64,000 nucleotides of DNA from Tubulanus polymorphus (GCF_964204645.1 NC_134033.1:8006655-8070654); one strand, 5' to 3'. Shown: positions 13,001-25,940, counted from the stretch's first letter. Numbers and translations: made by a program. Notes: generated by a model from the sequence alone, not told the origin.

Positions 13001-16000
13001 ACATGGGAATATGTCCGGTTACCGGACATAAATACGGCCCAGCGTGATGCCTGCAAATAGAAAATTTTTCCGGGGGATTTTCTACAGCGCTCGTTCTTGC
13101 GTACATACCGCCCCTGAGAATTTTATTACAATGGAGAACCCTGGGAGACATACATGGCGTTGCAACTACACTGATAATATTTTAGTAACAAGTGATTTTG
13201 ATGTTGTTTCTAATGCTATACGTTTTATTTTGAAGGTTGAAGTCAAGCGAGCTATTCCAAAGGATATTGTAAGTGACTTTGATTTTTAATTTGATTTTAG
13301 AACACAAAAGAATCTTTTGATTGAGATATGACATGTTCAGCTTATAATTCAATCATGTTGAACTGCAAATTTATGTGCGGGGGTTGGGAAAAAACATTTA
13401 GATCTTAATGGCAAACGTCTTCTGCGTACATCAGCAGATTTTATGACTAAATAATGAATACATATCTTGCAAACTGTGCACAAAAAAATGGTAATAGCCT
13501 CTTCATCTAAGAAAAAATCAACTGTTTGGCCACAGTTTGACCCATGGATTCAGGTTGCAGAGGCCTAGCACGTTTACTGCCAAACACTTAATGTGGCTTG
13601 CTTCTAAACACCAAAATCAGGTTTATGTATTTCTGCGCGTGCTAGCCTTTAAAAAGATTGTAAAAAGCCTGTGCTATAATTATTGCACTGAAAGTATTGA
13701 TTATTGAGTTTATGGGCACATTAAAAAGGCTGCTTTATTTCATATGTTCAGATGCCAGGTGTGATGAAGACGACAAAGCTGTTTTTAGGTGGTCTACATA
13801 GAGATGTGACTGAGGTTGATATCAGTGAGGCTTTCCACTCGTGTATATTAAACGTTCGAGTAAGTTTTCAATGTACACCTAAAATGATCTGGATCTGTTA
13901 TGACCGATGTAAATCCATCCGTATCATGAGAAATCCAGAGCCATCCCTTTCCATCACCTTGAGTTTGGGGAAACCCGCTATGCCAAATGTATGTTAGTTC
14001 CAGTCAATTATGACCGGTCAGTTTAGAAATATGCTGATCGATGGATGTGTCAAGTGCTGTGGATTTGCTTTTCCGTATTAAACTGTTTAATATTTTCTGA
14101 TATGGCTCGACTATCTCCCTTTTTGGCGTTGAAACTTGACGCGCGGTTGCTCACTTAAGCATAGAATTTAAAAAGTCTTTGTTTCTGGTCCCCAGGGATG
14201 AAAATTTCTCGCTTTTTAGCGGTGCCCGTTTTTAAGACAAGCTTTCCAAATTGTCCAGATCCATAGAGAAATTGATGAGGGGGGTGGAAGGTGCTGCCAT
14301 CTGGTATTGCTTTATAAACTGCTGTGAAAAAATATCCAGTTCGTGCTGCCATCTAGGATTGAAACGAGACCGCTTTTTTCATAATCCCTGGTTCTCATCC
14401 CTGGTCCCGCTAGTATGATTTTTATAGATAGAAAGGGAAATTTTTTTTTTTCTTAGAGGTGTTCAACACATCAAGGTGATATGTCCAGAGAGTCCAAAAG
14501 CATGTACAGCATATTGTCAGTTAAGTTATAGGCCCTATAGGACAGACCAGTCTTTTCTACACATAAAATGAAATCCTTCGATGTCACCTCCATTGATAAG
14601 ACAAATTGAAATTGAATATAAAATAATTCTCTACCAAACAACAAACTTTACTGTGAAACCTTTATTTACAATTCTTTTTATAAGCAAACAAGTCTGATCC
14701 TCTTTCGTTTTGTTGCCAGTTCGTTATTAATAGGTTCTTCATGCTTATAATATCCTCTAAATCCATCATCGCGATCTGTCGGCAGCCACTATTGTATCAG
14801 TCACATTAATTACAGCAGAGAACCAATGCAACTGTTTGGCTCAAAACAGGGATATTGTGTTTACAAATACTTTCTATGCATTTCGATTTGTTTTTCATTT
14901 CAACCAAAATAAAGGGAGCGTTCACAAATTACGTACCTCAAAATCTCCTGTTTTTCTGACCCCCCTCCCCCCTTGTACCACCTTTGTACCAAATTCACTG
15001 ACCCCCCTCTTAGGTACGAACCATCGCACCCATGACCATTTTCATTTGAGTTAGGTACATAAAGTACGTACCAAGATTGATTAATACCCCCCTCCCTCAT
15101 TCAGTAAACCCCCCCCCCCCCCCCCCCCAATGGAGGTACGTAATTTATGAACGCTCCCAAAGCAAATTTATTGCAAAAGGAGGTTACGCAACATTATCGA
15201 TATTTTCACAGCAGTGCCTGCTGCGCTGTGGTATAGTAAGGAGCTGCTCAGTGTATAGGTTGCCCCAGTGACAGCCGGTTGATCTATGTATCGTATGCAT
15301 GCTTGTGGGAAGCCAAGTGTATGATGGCTCATGCCAGCAGTCTTGTGTAATGATAACCCTGATATAAACAACAAAACAGAGTTTTTCATAAAAAATAACT
15401 TTTTTCTATCAACTATAAGAATTTTGTTGTCTCTCCTGCTAAGTTTCCCATAAAAACTTTAGGGTCGGCACCTTTTTGATCGCGTCGGTTGGGGGACTGG
15501 TTCCAAAGACTTATCTATTTTATGCCTTTTTTTAGGTCTGAACTGTTTGATAATCTGACCCATATGAAAATTATTCAACAGTCATGGAATTTGACTTAAG
15601 AAGCCTATCGAATTGGTCATGGAGTTGGTGGTCATGGGTGCTGTAAACCCTGTGTTGGAATCGAATATTTGATGATCTGTTTTTTCGTTTGTAGGTGACC
15701 GATGTTTTCCTTGTCAAAGATAAAAATACAGACCTATCGAAAGGTAACGTTATCTCGTACACTAGCCCTATGTACTCAACTCCTCTGAGACAAAAATCAT
15801 GCGTAACGATTGTTAATAATAAAATGAACTAATTAGAAGTGAATGAGATAATAATTAATTAATTACTCTCACAAAAATTAATTGAATCGGGGCTGATATC
15901 GCTACGAGTTTGCATGCCCGGCAGTACGAGCCAAATCGCCGTTATCATAGTCCCACGGGGCAATGGGGTCGACAAAACAATCTCGCTCCCCCTGGCTGCC

Positions 16001-17695
16001 CAGTTTGAATATTGAAAAGAAAGTATTGAAAAGAAAGAAAAGTGATTAATTTGTTGCTCATAATGAAAAATACTTGTAATATTGAATATTAATGATTAAT
16101 TATTGCGAGAATCTATCTTCTCTCTCTCTCTTTGTGTCTCTTGTTTTCATTTTAGTAGATTTCTATGAATATGATCTGATCTGGCAGAACCTCCTTCATC
16201 AAATTAGCGATTGAATGAATCTAGAACCGATGGGCGTTCTCTCGACTGACGCAAAAATGGCTCCTAACCCGTATTCCCCAACCCAGCCCTGCTACGCATG
16301 CACAATGTTGATATATCCTAAATCTGATATCAAGAACTTTTGTTCTTTTTAGTCTGAACCCAAATTTTACTTCTTGAAATCATCCTGGAGTTGAATAAAT
16401 TTGAACGATAAGATTAATCAAGACGAGACTGAAACAAAACTATGTCATTGAGCATATCGCGAAATTCACAAGATTTTCTTTCTTGGCAGGTTGAATGTAA
16501 TGCCAACATCTTTCATTACCTCACTGACAAATCAATTTGAATATGGTCACCAGCACAAAGCCCTCGTCAGTGATTATTTCATTCTGGACAAAAGCCATTT
16601 TTTTCAAAAATTTTGTGGATGATTTTCAATTTATTAAGATTCATCCTCAAGTGAAACATTGGATCGATAATTTGAAAATACTTATCTGGCAGTGGCCAAT
16701 CCACCCTCCCCTCTAAACCCTTTAAAATGTTCAAAATACTTTACTCATGAAATTTTAACTGAACTAAGGCCATCCCAAAATAATGGTCTGCTTGCTGTAA
16801 TCCGACCGACCCTACTTCAAAGATGCCGAGTGAAAACTTTTTTGTGATTCATTGAAATAAATTTTTTTTTGGATAAAAACGGCCGTCCGATCCACTACCG
16901 ATGTTTGAGCTAGAATGTTTTAAGTCAAGTGTGCAAACATGCCTCGAGTGTGGCCTAGTTTAAGTTTTCCAGGAAACTGGCAGTGTTGCAATAAGCTTCC
17001 ATTCATTCCTAGCGACTATATTAAAGCTGGTAATGGTATAGCGCGCATATATTCAATGTACTTTTTCATTTTGGACACTAGAGATGACACTCCAGACGAG
17101 TTAAGAATTTTAGAATTATTTTTGAAATCTAGGCTATAGACAAAATTCCCGTGCACAATACAGTTTTTTGATATATTTTTTCCATATGAAAAGGTGATAA
17201 ATTTTTTGCCCTCAAAATTTTGCAAAAATTATTTCCACCTACCTACCGACTCGTCCTGAAAACTTGAGTCGGTGTTACGGCAAACAGACATTTATTTTGG
17301 GATGGCCTAACTTAAATATCTATGGAGGCTTAAAATTCATTTCACGTGTGCAAAACAAAGAAGGCAGCAAAGTTATATCAATTACCGTTAGAGTTTTTTG
17401 GATAGTTTACAGGCATTCGAAGGATGTTTTTTCATGCCCAGGAAAAGTGCTTGCTTGTGGAGAGAAAAGTTAAAATTAGATGGATTTTGAAAATTGGAAG
17501 ATTTTTGGAATTAAGTGATAATTTGAATTCAAAGCTAACTCATTTAAATTCAAAACTCTACTACTTGTTTAATATGGTAGCGTATTTTTTTTCCTGAATG
17601 GTAGCCCATAGTTCTATTCGTTTTGCGTCAGTCAAGAGAATGTCGTTGGCACGAATCAACCAGAGTTGAGCCGAGCACTAAACCTACCACTACTG

Positions 17696-17731
<36 letters not shown>

Positions 17732-20625
17732 TAGCGAGACGAGCATTATTATATGAATAATTGAAGAATCATTATATTATCATCTCTCATATATTATTGT
17801 TGTTCTTTATCCTACGTTGGTCTGGTCCTTATGACACACACACAATATAGGTTTTGGTTTTGTGACATTTGAAGATGAAGATCATGTAGCGAAAGTAGCT
17901 ATGGCTCGTTATTTCTCACTTAAAGGCAAAAAGGTCAAGTTTAACACAAATATCAGTCCTGATATGTTATTACTATTATTTAATTATTATAATTTGTCGT
18001 TGATTTTATGATATAAGATTAACTTCGAAGTAGTCCTCGTTCTGGTCGATTAATCACGTTTTAATTTGTCATTTTGTGTGATGTAAAAAAATGTTTCTTT
18101 GCGTTCGGGCGTCGCGATCGATTTAATCCGCGGCGTCCGGACGCCTAGTAGCAAGCAACATCGGCAGATGGACATTTACAACTGGCAAAGGCATGAGTGG
18201 GCACGTAGTTTCTTTTCGTTGGTTCAACTACAAACACAATGCGGCAGGAGCTGTTGATCCCATCCAATTCCTTGCCGGTTTCAATGGCTGAAGTGCTCTG
18301 GAGACCCAGTAACCCCATTTACCCGCCCATTCCGTTAAAACCTGAATGTACTCGGCGGTGTGATGCTGTTCATGATTGGTTGTCCAGAAAATTAACCTCG
18401 CCTGACTTTCCCTCCCAATTCCTTTGAATTTAATTCCTGTTAATACGAAATATTAAATCCATGGAGAAAATCAGGTATGCGTTTTTATAGTCGATGAAAT
18501 AGAGTATACTTAAAAATTGACCAAATTCTTTGTGGTTTTGTTACAGTTTGAAGCAAAAGGTGCAGAGCCGAAGGGACAAGACTTCTCTGGTGGTCGTGGA
18601 GGTCGCGGTGGTGGAAGAGGAGGTAGAGGAGGAGGACGTGGAGGCTATGGAGGTGGCTGGGATCAAGGTAAATTCGGAACCATACGGATAACAAACCTAT
18701 TAGACAAATCTCCCTCGGCATGGATTTAAACCTGATGACATCATAAGATTGCCTCAGTGCAAACCCCTGCCCCTGTAGACACATCCCTCAAAGGGATTCA
18801 AAGCTGATGACAAGAGACTTATTACAGTACAAACCCCTACCCAAGGTCTACCCTCATCATGGATTCTGAATCCTATGAGTCGTACTACATGTCTCCTTTT
18901 TGTTACTTGGGATTGACTTAACTACTTGGGTGTTTGGTATACCAGTAGTTGAATGGCAACATAATTGCAAATGTGGTTCGCCTGCCACTAGCTTGGCTGA
19001 TTGTATGTTATTGTGATATTAAAGGAGGATATGGTGGTGGCTATGACGGTTATGGAGGCGGATATGGATCGTATGATCAAGGATACAACGGCTATGATCA
19101 AGGAGGCAATGGATACGGTAATTATTGAAAATTGATGGAAATATGTATGATCATTATTATTACCGGTAATTGGTTAGATACTCAATAATGTCTCAAGTCA
19201 GTTCAAATCTATCGGTTTCAATCGATATATGAAATGCTCCTAGGGATTTATATGAGAAAAACAGCAGAATCTCGCCATTTGATAGATGTACAGTAAAACT
19301 GGCATAACTCGGAAATGTTGGGACCACTGTAAAATTTTTAACTTAAAAAAAATCTGATTCTGAGTAGTAGGATTTTGGGGGTTTTCTGAGAAAAATCAGA
19401 GTTAACTGGTGACACGGGGTCAATGTGTCCGTCGAGAGAAAAGTCGGTCTACCGTTGTATAATATGTTGCGCGCTGGTGAAGATCTTTTTAAAAGAACTG
19501 ATATTAGATGTCTGACTGAAAGATTAAAAAATGCATTGCTTTGAAACTTTCGGAACATATATCCTAGCCGAGGTAGTCGAATTTCCGACTTCTAGAATGG
19601 GACTTTGAGACAGATTTTAATGGGAAAATGAACTGAAAAAATTGGGACCTTGAAATTTCGGCCAATTTTGTTGATTTTCAGACTTACGCCAGTTCTATTG
19701 TATCTCATACGATTGTACCTGGTTAAAACGAACTTCATTGTCCTAGAATATGTGTTAGTTATTAACCAATATTCCTATGCAATGAAAAATCATTACAACA
19801 AGCTTCACGTAGCCAGGAAAACTTTGTTATAATAGAAGTAGAATTTGTTAAACGCTATAATTCCATGAGCAAAGTTCAAATGCGCATCATAACCCATGAA
19901 CCTTGTTTCAACTGACTTTGGAACTGTTCATAAAGTATATATGCACAAAATTTTGAATCCTCACATCATACTATATTGGCAATGACCTGCTTACCTTCGC
20001 AAATATTTACCATCTAATTTACGAAACAAACCTATGTCTAGGTCAATGAAGTGTGTCTATGTGTTTGGTTTAAATAGCTACCAAGTTAGTACGCAGATCA
20101 TACACTTAATAAGATCAAGCTACAAGCTATACGCTGCATGCATACATGCACATTCCCTTGATCATAGGCCTATCCCCATAACGAAGTGTAGATATAGCCG
20201 TCTTGGCAGCCATTTTGAATTTTCTTTGTGCGATAGGCCTACAACCTACAATTCTTGATGGATTTTCATGATACTCGGTGTGAGTATTGGGCCAGGTGAG
20301 CTGTCCACCATTATTGAAAATCGAGGTTATTGGCCACCAATTATGAGCGCTAATACATCCCGGGGAGAGAATTGCGGGGTATTTTAGGCCGCAAGGCATT
20401 AGTCTAGTTGTAATGGTATGAAAATGATTTAACTACAATCAGCTTGGAAAGAAGTTGTCTAAAACACATTAACAGTTTACACATTTCAGTTTTATTTCAT
20501 TTCAAGATTACGGAGGCGGTAGCTACGGAGGTTATGGAGGCGGCAACTTTGGCGGTGGTAATTACGGAGGTTATGGCGGCAGTGGATACGGTCGCGGTCG
20601 AGGTGGACGCTACAATCCATACTAG
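4002..20625 (+). CDS. hnRNP A/B-D family RNA-binding protein (2 RRMs + RGG + Gly/Tyr-rich low-complexity tail with C-terminal PY motif), ~280 aa, 11 coding exons
   Basis: GT-AG exons: 4002-4007, 4542-4561, 5242-5282, 9206-9375, 13236-13268, 13752-13859, 15695-15743, 17851-17933, 18547-18667, 19025-19117, 20507-20625. They sum to 843 nt with consistent phases. Motifs: KVFIGHL / KKFGFVTF (RRM1), VEVKRAIPK, KLFLGGL / KGFGFVTF (RRM2), GGRGGRGG, and ...RYNPY*. The first two micro-exons are less certain. AATAAA at 21021. Confidence 0.93.
4041..4371. mobile_element. MITE with ~70-bp TIRs; partial second copy at ~6130-6373 and an isolated terminus at ~22644
   Basis: tagttagttacctaatcg...agggatgacaagg is inverted as ccttgtcatccct...gttaactaac. 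The internal sequence is shared with 6130-6373. Confidence 0.8.
4570..4860 (+). mobile_element. tRNA-derived SINE-like repeat, interrupted by a MITE
   Basis: A-box tggtctagtgg and B-box ggttcgaatc. An uninterrupted homologue lies on the - strand at ~31120-31300. Confidence 0.7.
4612..4736. mobile_element. 125-bp PIF/Harbinger-like MITE with CTG TSD
   Basis: TIRs gagccagttgctcaaaagt / acttttgagcaaccgaccc. CTG at 4609-4611 and 4737-4739. A degraded relative lies at ~41050-41160. Confidence 0.75.
10097..11993. mobile_element. Non-autonomous DNA transposon, CAGGGTTC...GAACCCTG ends, 5-bp TSD TTACC (hAT5-like)
   Basis: TIRs with subterminal (g/c)ttgaa repeats at both ends, and TTACC on both flanks. 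A related left end occurs at ~47707. Confidence 0.75.
10698..11317. mobile_element. Nested MITE, GGCGCTATTGCACT TIRs, 8-bp TSD GAAATTTG (Merlin-like)
   Basis: Perfect 8-bp direct repeat at 10690-10697 and 11318-11325, and imperfect ~50-bp TIRs starting GG. A right-end fragment of the same family lies at ~59890-60057. Confidence 0.8.
14193..14403. mobile_element. MITE, CAGGGATGA TIRs, 5-bp TSD GTCCC (hAT5-like)
   Basis: gtccc|cagggatgaaaa ... ttctcatccctg|gtccc. Confidence 0.8.
14914..15158. mobile_element. PIF/Harbinger-like MITE
   Basis: TIRs gggagcgttcacaaattacgtacc / ggtacgtaatttatgaacgctccc, with 3-bp AAA flanks. Confidence 0.75.
16233..17644. mobile_element. Non-autonomous TIR element containing a nested Harbinger MITE
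   Basis: TIRs ggcgttctctcgactgacgcaaaa / ttttgcgtcagtcaagagaatgtc. No clear TSD. Confidence 0.55.
16768..17307. mobile_element. PIF/Harbinger-like MITE, TSD TAA; partial copy at ~12585-12880
   Basis: taa|ggccatcccaaaataa ... ttattttgggatggcc|taa. The interior is homologous to 12600-12870. Confidence 0.82.
19291..19700. mobile_element. Tc1/mariner-pogo-type MITE (TA TSD)
   Basis: ta|cagtaaaactggcataactc ... gacttacgccagttctattg|ta. Confidence 0.6.
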
Positions 20626-21479
20626 GGATTTTTACCGGTATGCGGACGTACACGTCTTCCTGAGACCGGATGTGTTGTGTAAATATAAGTAGAAAACATT
20701 CAATGTAGACGACTGAGGAAAGAAAGACAGTTGGAGCAGCATTTCATTCGATATCGTAATTCGTTGATGGCGTATCGGACAAAAAATCCAATGATTCGAA
20801 ATATTCATAATTATTAGTGTTTATATTATAAATATTAAGTGTTTTACGCGCGTACTACCACTACTTGGAAATTGAAAATTAAAAAGGCTCGTAATTGAGG
20901 AAAACGTATCGTGAACAACAGTCACATTAAACTTGTGTCTTTTTTTTTAAATGAAAAAGAGGGTTCAAATCCATTTCAGATGTTACAAGATCATGTTTAA
21001 AATCTGTGTATAGGATTTATAATAAATTGAACGCGCGCGCGTTATAGTGTTTGTTTGTGTACGCATCTTTTTTGTCGTTATAACATCAAACTGTAAAATG
21101 TGAGTAAATATGATAAAGATGAAATAATTGTAGTCCAGCATTCTGATAACCCCCTTTGAGAATGGTAGCTCTAAACCCCTCAAAAACTCCTTTAATGATT
21201 TGGCCAAGAATCTAATCTATTTTAGCCCCTTCAAAACTACTGTCTGCTGTCCTCTAGGTATGTGTCTTGTCGGCTTGTATTATGATCTTAGCTAATCGAG
21301 GTGATTTTGAAATTGCTATACCTTGATTATTGATAGGCATATGTTTCTACTAATATGTAAATATTTTTTCTTTGCTCATACTCTGATATTTTCCACAAAG
21401 ATCCAACAAAACTTAAGTGATTTGATCCAATTTTATCTGCGGCATAGCTGGGCAGGTTTATTTCCATTCATGCCTGAAT

Positions 21480-21830
21480 ATTAGAATAAAAAAGCTATTT
21501 GGTAAAAGAATGAACCATGTTAAGTGTTTGAAGAAGTTTTTCAAAGCAGAAAGAATATTGTCTCCGGATCGCATCAGAAATTAATCCAGGATAATATGAC
21601 ATGCCGACGTGATTTTAATCCTTTTTCATCGGTTGAATACCAGGCAGCATTTGGTACGATGGGCCCTGGTTACCTCGAACTGTACAACTGAATCTCGAGA
21701 AGTCGTTCGGGAATGAAGAAATTCATTTCAGCTTGTGGCTTTTTAGATTCAATGCCACTAAATGTGTTTCACGGACATTGATATCTTACATTCTTACGGT
21801 GAACATGTTTATGGCGTCTTAAGAGTTTGA
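21480..21830 (-). pseudogene. Possible highly degraded Crypton-like tyrosine recombinase fragment
   Basis: Broken minus-strand frames give QCP(V)KH..SKKP..FF and AAWYSTDEKGLKS, resembling the CPV..P / WY...G blocks of CryptonV-type proteins. Many stops. Confidence 0.25.
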
Positions 21831-22424
21831 GGTAACTGAAGTCTTAGTATTTTCATCATCAGTCTTGTAAATACATGAAAACGTTTGAATTGGAAGATTA
21901 GAACTGAAGCCTTGATGGTTGTCAGTTTATTTTCATGTCTAACTTTTGAGAATGCATGGATATTTCATAAAAATCGGTTGCAGTTCTTGTGAGCCTTGTA
22001 GACAATTGACTGGCACACCTTGTAAAATATTCATGAAATAAAAAATGTCGTATTTTGAATATTTTCTTTTCTTTATAGTTTCAGTTTTTCATTCAAATAT
22101 CCTAAGGTTAGTTGATATACTGCCCGAACAGATGCTGCTCACGAATCTGAATTGAGCATTGATGATGAAAAAGTCAAGTCGAACTGTTCGGTGTTTTGGT
22201 TTATTTTATTTATTGCCCAAGATGCCTACATTAGCCTGGCGTCTGTGATGAAAGTGCATCAAATGTCATACCAGGTTAAACGTCGTTTGGCTATTACAGT
22301 TTTTCATTCAGTGTCCACAGTTCACTGCTGTATAGAAACACACTGCTTAAATACGTAAGAAAGTCCTGAGTTGAAGTTCAACGCTTACGTTTCTGCTCTG
22401 ATGTTTCGAAGTTTTATCGGTCTT

Positions 22425-22555
22425 ATAAATAGACCGGTTGCCTGTCCCATTCAGAAGATAGGGACCGGTAACCAGTCTAATAAATTGAGTACTATTTATA
22501 GACTGGTTACCGGTCTCTTTCTTCAATTTGAATGGGACAGGCGGACAGTCTATAG
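22425..22555. repeat. Short palindromic (hairpin) MITE-like element
   Basis: tagaccggttgcctgtcccattc..gaccggtaaccagtcta is inverted as tagactggttaccggtc..gaatgggacaggcggacagtcta. Confidence 0.7.
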
Positions 22556-22956
22556 TACCGCGGAGAGAATTTCAAGGTCGTTGAGCTCATCACCCGGCTT
22601 CAATTTTTACAAGACCGAATCGAGGTATGTGTCTCTTACCCTATAGTTAGTTACCTAATCGTTGGTGGTAAGTTTTTGATATGAACCTCTCTACAGAAAA
22701 ACCTGCATAGCTTACCCAACCAGACAGATCTTACACAACATTTAACTTTTAAATCATCACACATTCTTCAGAAACAAGACATGTTCATGTTGTGGATTTT
22801 AGCTGACTAAATCGCCACTGGCACTAACTTGCTACTAGGCGAGCAAGTTAGTCGATTTAATAAATAAATCAATTTACTAAACCGCATCCATAAATGAGTT
22901 GATTTACTAAATTGGATTCACTAAACCATATTATAATAAAAAAATATATACATTAT

Positions 22957-24433
22957 CAGTCAGGAACACTTTCCAAAAACGGCTTATTCTGCCAATTTCG
23001 GCGTTTTCCGCCAATTACGGCAGAATCAGCCGTTTATGGATCACTCAGTTTTGAAACTTTCACAGTCGTTTATGGCTTAATCAGCCAGTTTCAGCTCACT
23101 AAGTTTCGAGCTTTGCTTTAAAGTTTTTTGCGCACTTCCTGTTCAATTAGCGCATGTTGCCGATGACGTCATAATCTGGAGCAGACGATAAGCTTTCATA
23201 TGACGCTAGGATGGAAATTTTTGAGCTAGGTAAAGTGGTCAAATTTACGTTTTTCTAAATGATTACGTCATATGAAGCCCAAAAACTCCGGGAAAACTCT
23301 CAAAACTACTACAGCATGAAACAAGTTTATTAATCATGATTTTTGTTAAAAATAAATTTGGGAACTAGTTTTAAAAACTATTATAAAGTTTTTAAGTAAA
23401 CGTTGCCATGGGTACACATAAAAACATTTGCCATTTCTGGCGTATTCCGCCGTTTTTGGCGTAGTTAGTTTTATAATCATAAACTGTTAAGCCATTATTG
23501 GCAATCCACTTGTTATATATGAGGATTCCCCCACCCACTTAGACGTTTCCCCTAGTGTCTACACGGTACTTTTTTCGGAATAAAATAATTAATTTGCTGA
23601 GGTGAACGGATGTGTAAATATTATATGTTAAAAATAAAATTATTATTATTATAATTATTATTCTCATAAGACAAATCAATCATGGATGTATAAACTAGTG
23701 TATCAAAAATCTAGTTTTAAGTTTTGCCCATGGTCTTATCTTGCCTAATAAAGCATAGAATGGTTGAGGGATATATTGGACTGCATATGATGTTGGTTAA
23801 TTGAAGGTAATTAACATCTTCGATGCCTCCAAGCTAATTGATGGATTCTTGTGATGGATAGTGATTGAATGAATTGGTGGCCGATGACGTTACAACTCAA
23901 AATCGATACAGCTGTATCTAGACTCATTTCAAAATACAACAAACATTTTCGAAACAATTTGGGATACATGTATGTATATATTTATTTCATAGAATACAGG
24001 TATACAGAAAGAACAGAATTCAAATACATTTGCCATCGGAAACCCATACATTTATATTTAATTCTTTCTTGAAGCCTGGAACGGATCAAGGAGATTAATT
24101 TTTCGGCGCAAATATACAAATGTATGCCAGCACAAAAGCGATGATGTCATAATAGGGACTCCCATCGAACTAAGCATTATAAATAGCACCTGTAAAACTA
24201 TCTAAGCTAAAAACGCCGTTTCTGGCGATGTAGTTTTAGAAACTGTAACAGCTGAAAACGGCGGAAATGGCGTTTTTTAAGAACAAGCCAAAAATGGCAG
24301 AAAACGCCGATTTCGGCTAAATTGGCAGAAGCAGTTTAAAACTGAGTAATCCATAAATGGCTGATTCTGCCGTTATTGGCGGAAAACGCCGAAATTGGCA
24401 GAATAAGCCGTTTTTGGAAAGTGTTCCTGACTG
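22957..24433. mobile_element. Non-autonomous DNA transposon with ~100-bp TIRs, CAG...CTG ends, 5-bp TSD ATTAT
   Basis: attat|cagtcaggaacactttccaaaaacggcttattctgcc ... ggcagaataagccgtttttggaaagtgttcctgactg|attat. Confidence 0.88.
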
Positions 24434-24450
24434 ATTATGGCGCTATCATA

Positions 24451-25662
24451 GGGGCTCGTATCAGAGTTGTAGGTAATGTAAAAACGATAATCTGTTAATC
24501 CAATGTATATAGTATGTATAAAATAACAAGGGGGCTAACGACGCTCACAAACTACTCAACTTCAGTCGCTTACTATTTCGTTATTTCTCATCCGATTTTG
24601 ATAATCCAGGTATGATATGAAAGCTAATAGCTTCCTGCTTCTAACGAAACTAGTCCCGTTAACTTTCAATGAATAGTTCATGAAAAATATGTCTTTGAAC
24701 GCGGACCGAAATCGCCTGGACCGAAAATGCTATGACGCCGGTTTTCGTCGATTTCGAAATTTCAAACGTTGAGTTCGACGCGAAATCCTTCACCGATTTT
24801 GATGATCGAAGGCTTCAAATGCGCAAAACATTCTATATTTTCTAAATATTGCGGTTGTTTCGTTGATCCATACGATATTCCAGCTTTGCAAACGCGAATT
24901 TTTCGATTTTCGTCAATTCACGCACTCGACACGCGATCTCAAAATGGCGACCTTGAACTTGAACTAGCAACAGGTCCGCAGTGAATTTTATTTCGTAACA
25001 ATTCAATCAAATGATATTTTATCTTATTTAAGCTAGAATAAACACGATCAGGTTATAATAGATTCTGAATTTCACGTAAATATAGACAGAAAATAAATTG
25101 GAAATAAAATTCATTTCGGTTCAGCATTGCGCTAAGCATTGTGGGAGATGACAGTCGCCATTTTGAGATCGCGCATGGGGTTCGTGAATTGACGTAAAAT
25201 CGGAAAATTCGCGTTTGCAAAGCTGGAATATCGTATGGATCAACGAAACAACCGCAATATTTAGAAAATATAGAAAGTTTTGCGCATTTGAAGCCCTCGA
25301 TCATCAAAATCGGTGAAGGATTTCGCGTCGAACTCAACGTTTGAAATTTCGAAATCGACGAAAACCGGCGTCATAGCATTTTCGGTCCAGGCGATTTCGG
25401 TCCGAATTTCGCGTTCAAAGACATATTTTTCACAAACTTTTCATTGAAAGTTAACGGGACTAGTTTCGTTAGAAGCAGGAAGCTATTAGCTTTCATATCA
25501 TGCCTGGATTATCAAAATCGGATGAGAAATAACGAAATAGTAAGCGACTGAAGTTGAGTAGATTGTGAGCGTCGTTAGCCCCCTTGTTATTTTATATATA
25601 CTATATACATTGGATTAACAGATTATCGTTTTTACATTACCTACAACTCTGATACGAGCCCC
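24451..25662. mobile_element. Foldback element: ~500-bp near-identical inverted arms around a ~200-bp spacer, TA flanks
   Basis: ta|ggggctcgtatcagagttgtagg ... cctacaactctgatacgagcccc|ta. Mirror ORFs 24769(+) and 25337(-) are nearly identical. Confidence 0.93.
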
Positions 25663-25940
25663 TACAATAATTAAACTATTCGCTGTGGCTACTTGTACGG
25701 ACCCTTACGGATTTCTCTGGAGGCTATTCGTATGGAACTAGGATCTGTACGCTAACAACGAAGTACGGTCAAGTCGGCCCACTGCCAACTCGTCCCAACC
25801 AACTCGGCCCACCAAGTTGGCCCATTTCCTGCGCAGTTTAAATGCAGCAATCTTTGCAATGTACTGTACTACAGTATAACTCGTTTAATTCGTATCAAAT
25901 AGGAGAACATAATTCGGATTTTGTTTAATACACTCCCACG

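Noticed and set aside
24769-25337. Two near-identical ORFs on opposite strands (MSSTRNPSP...)
   Set aside because: They are mirror images from the foldback arms, with non-ATG starts and no recognisable domain.
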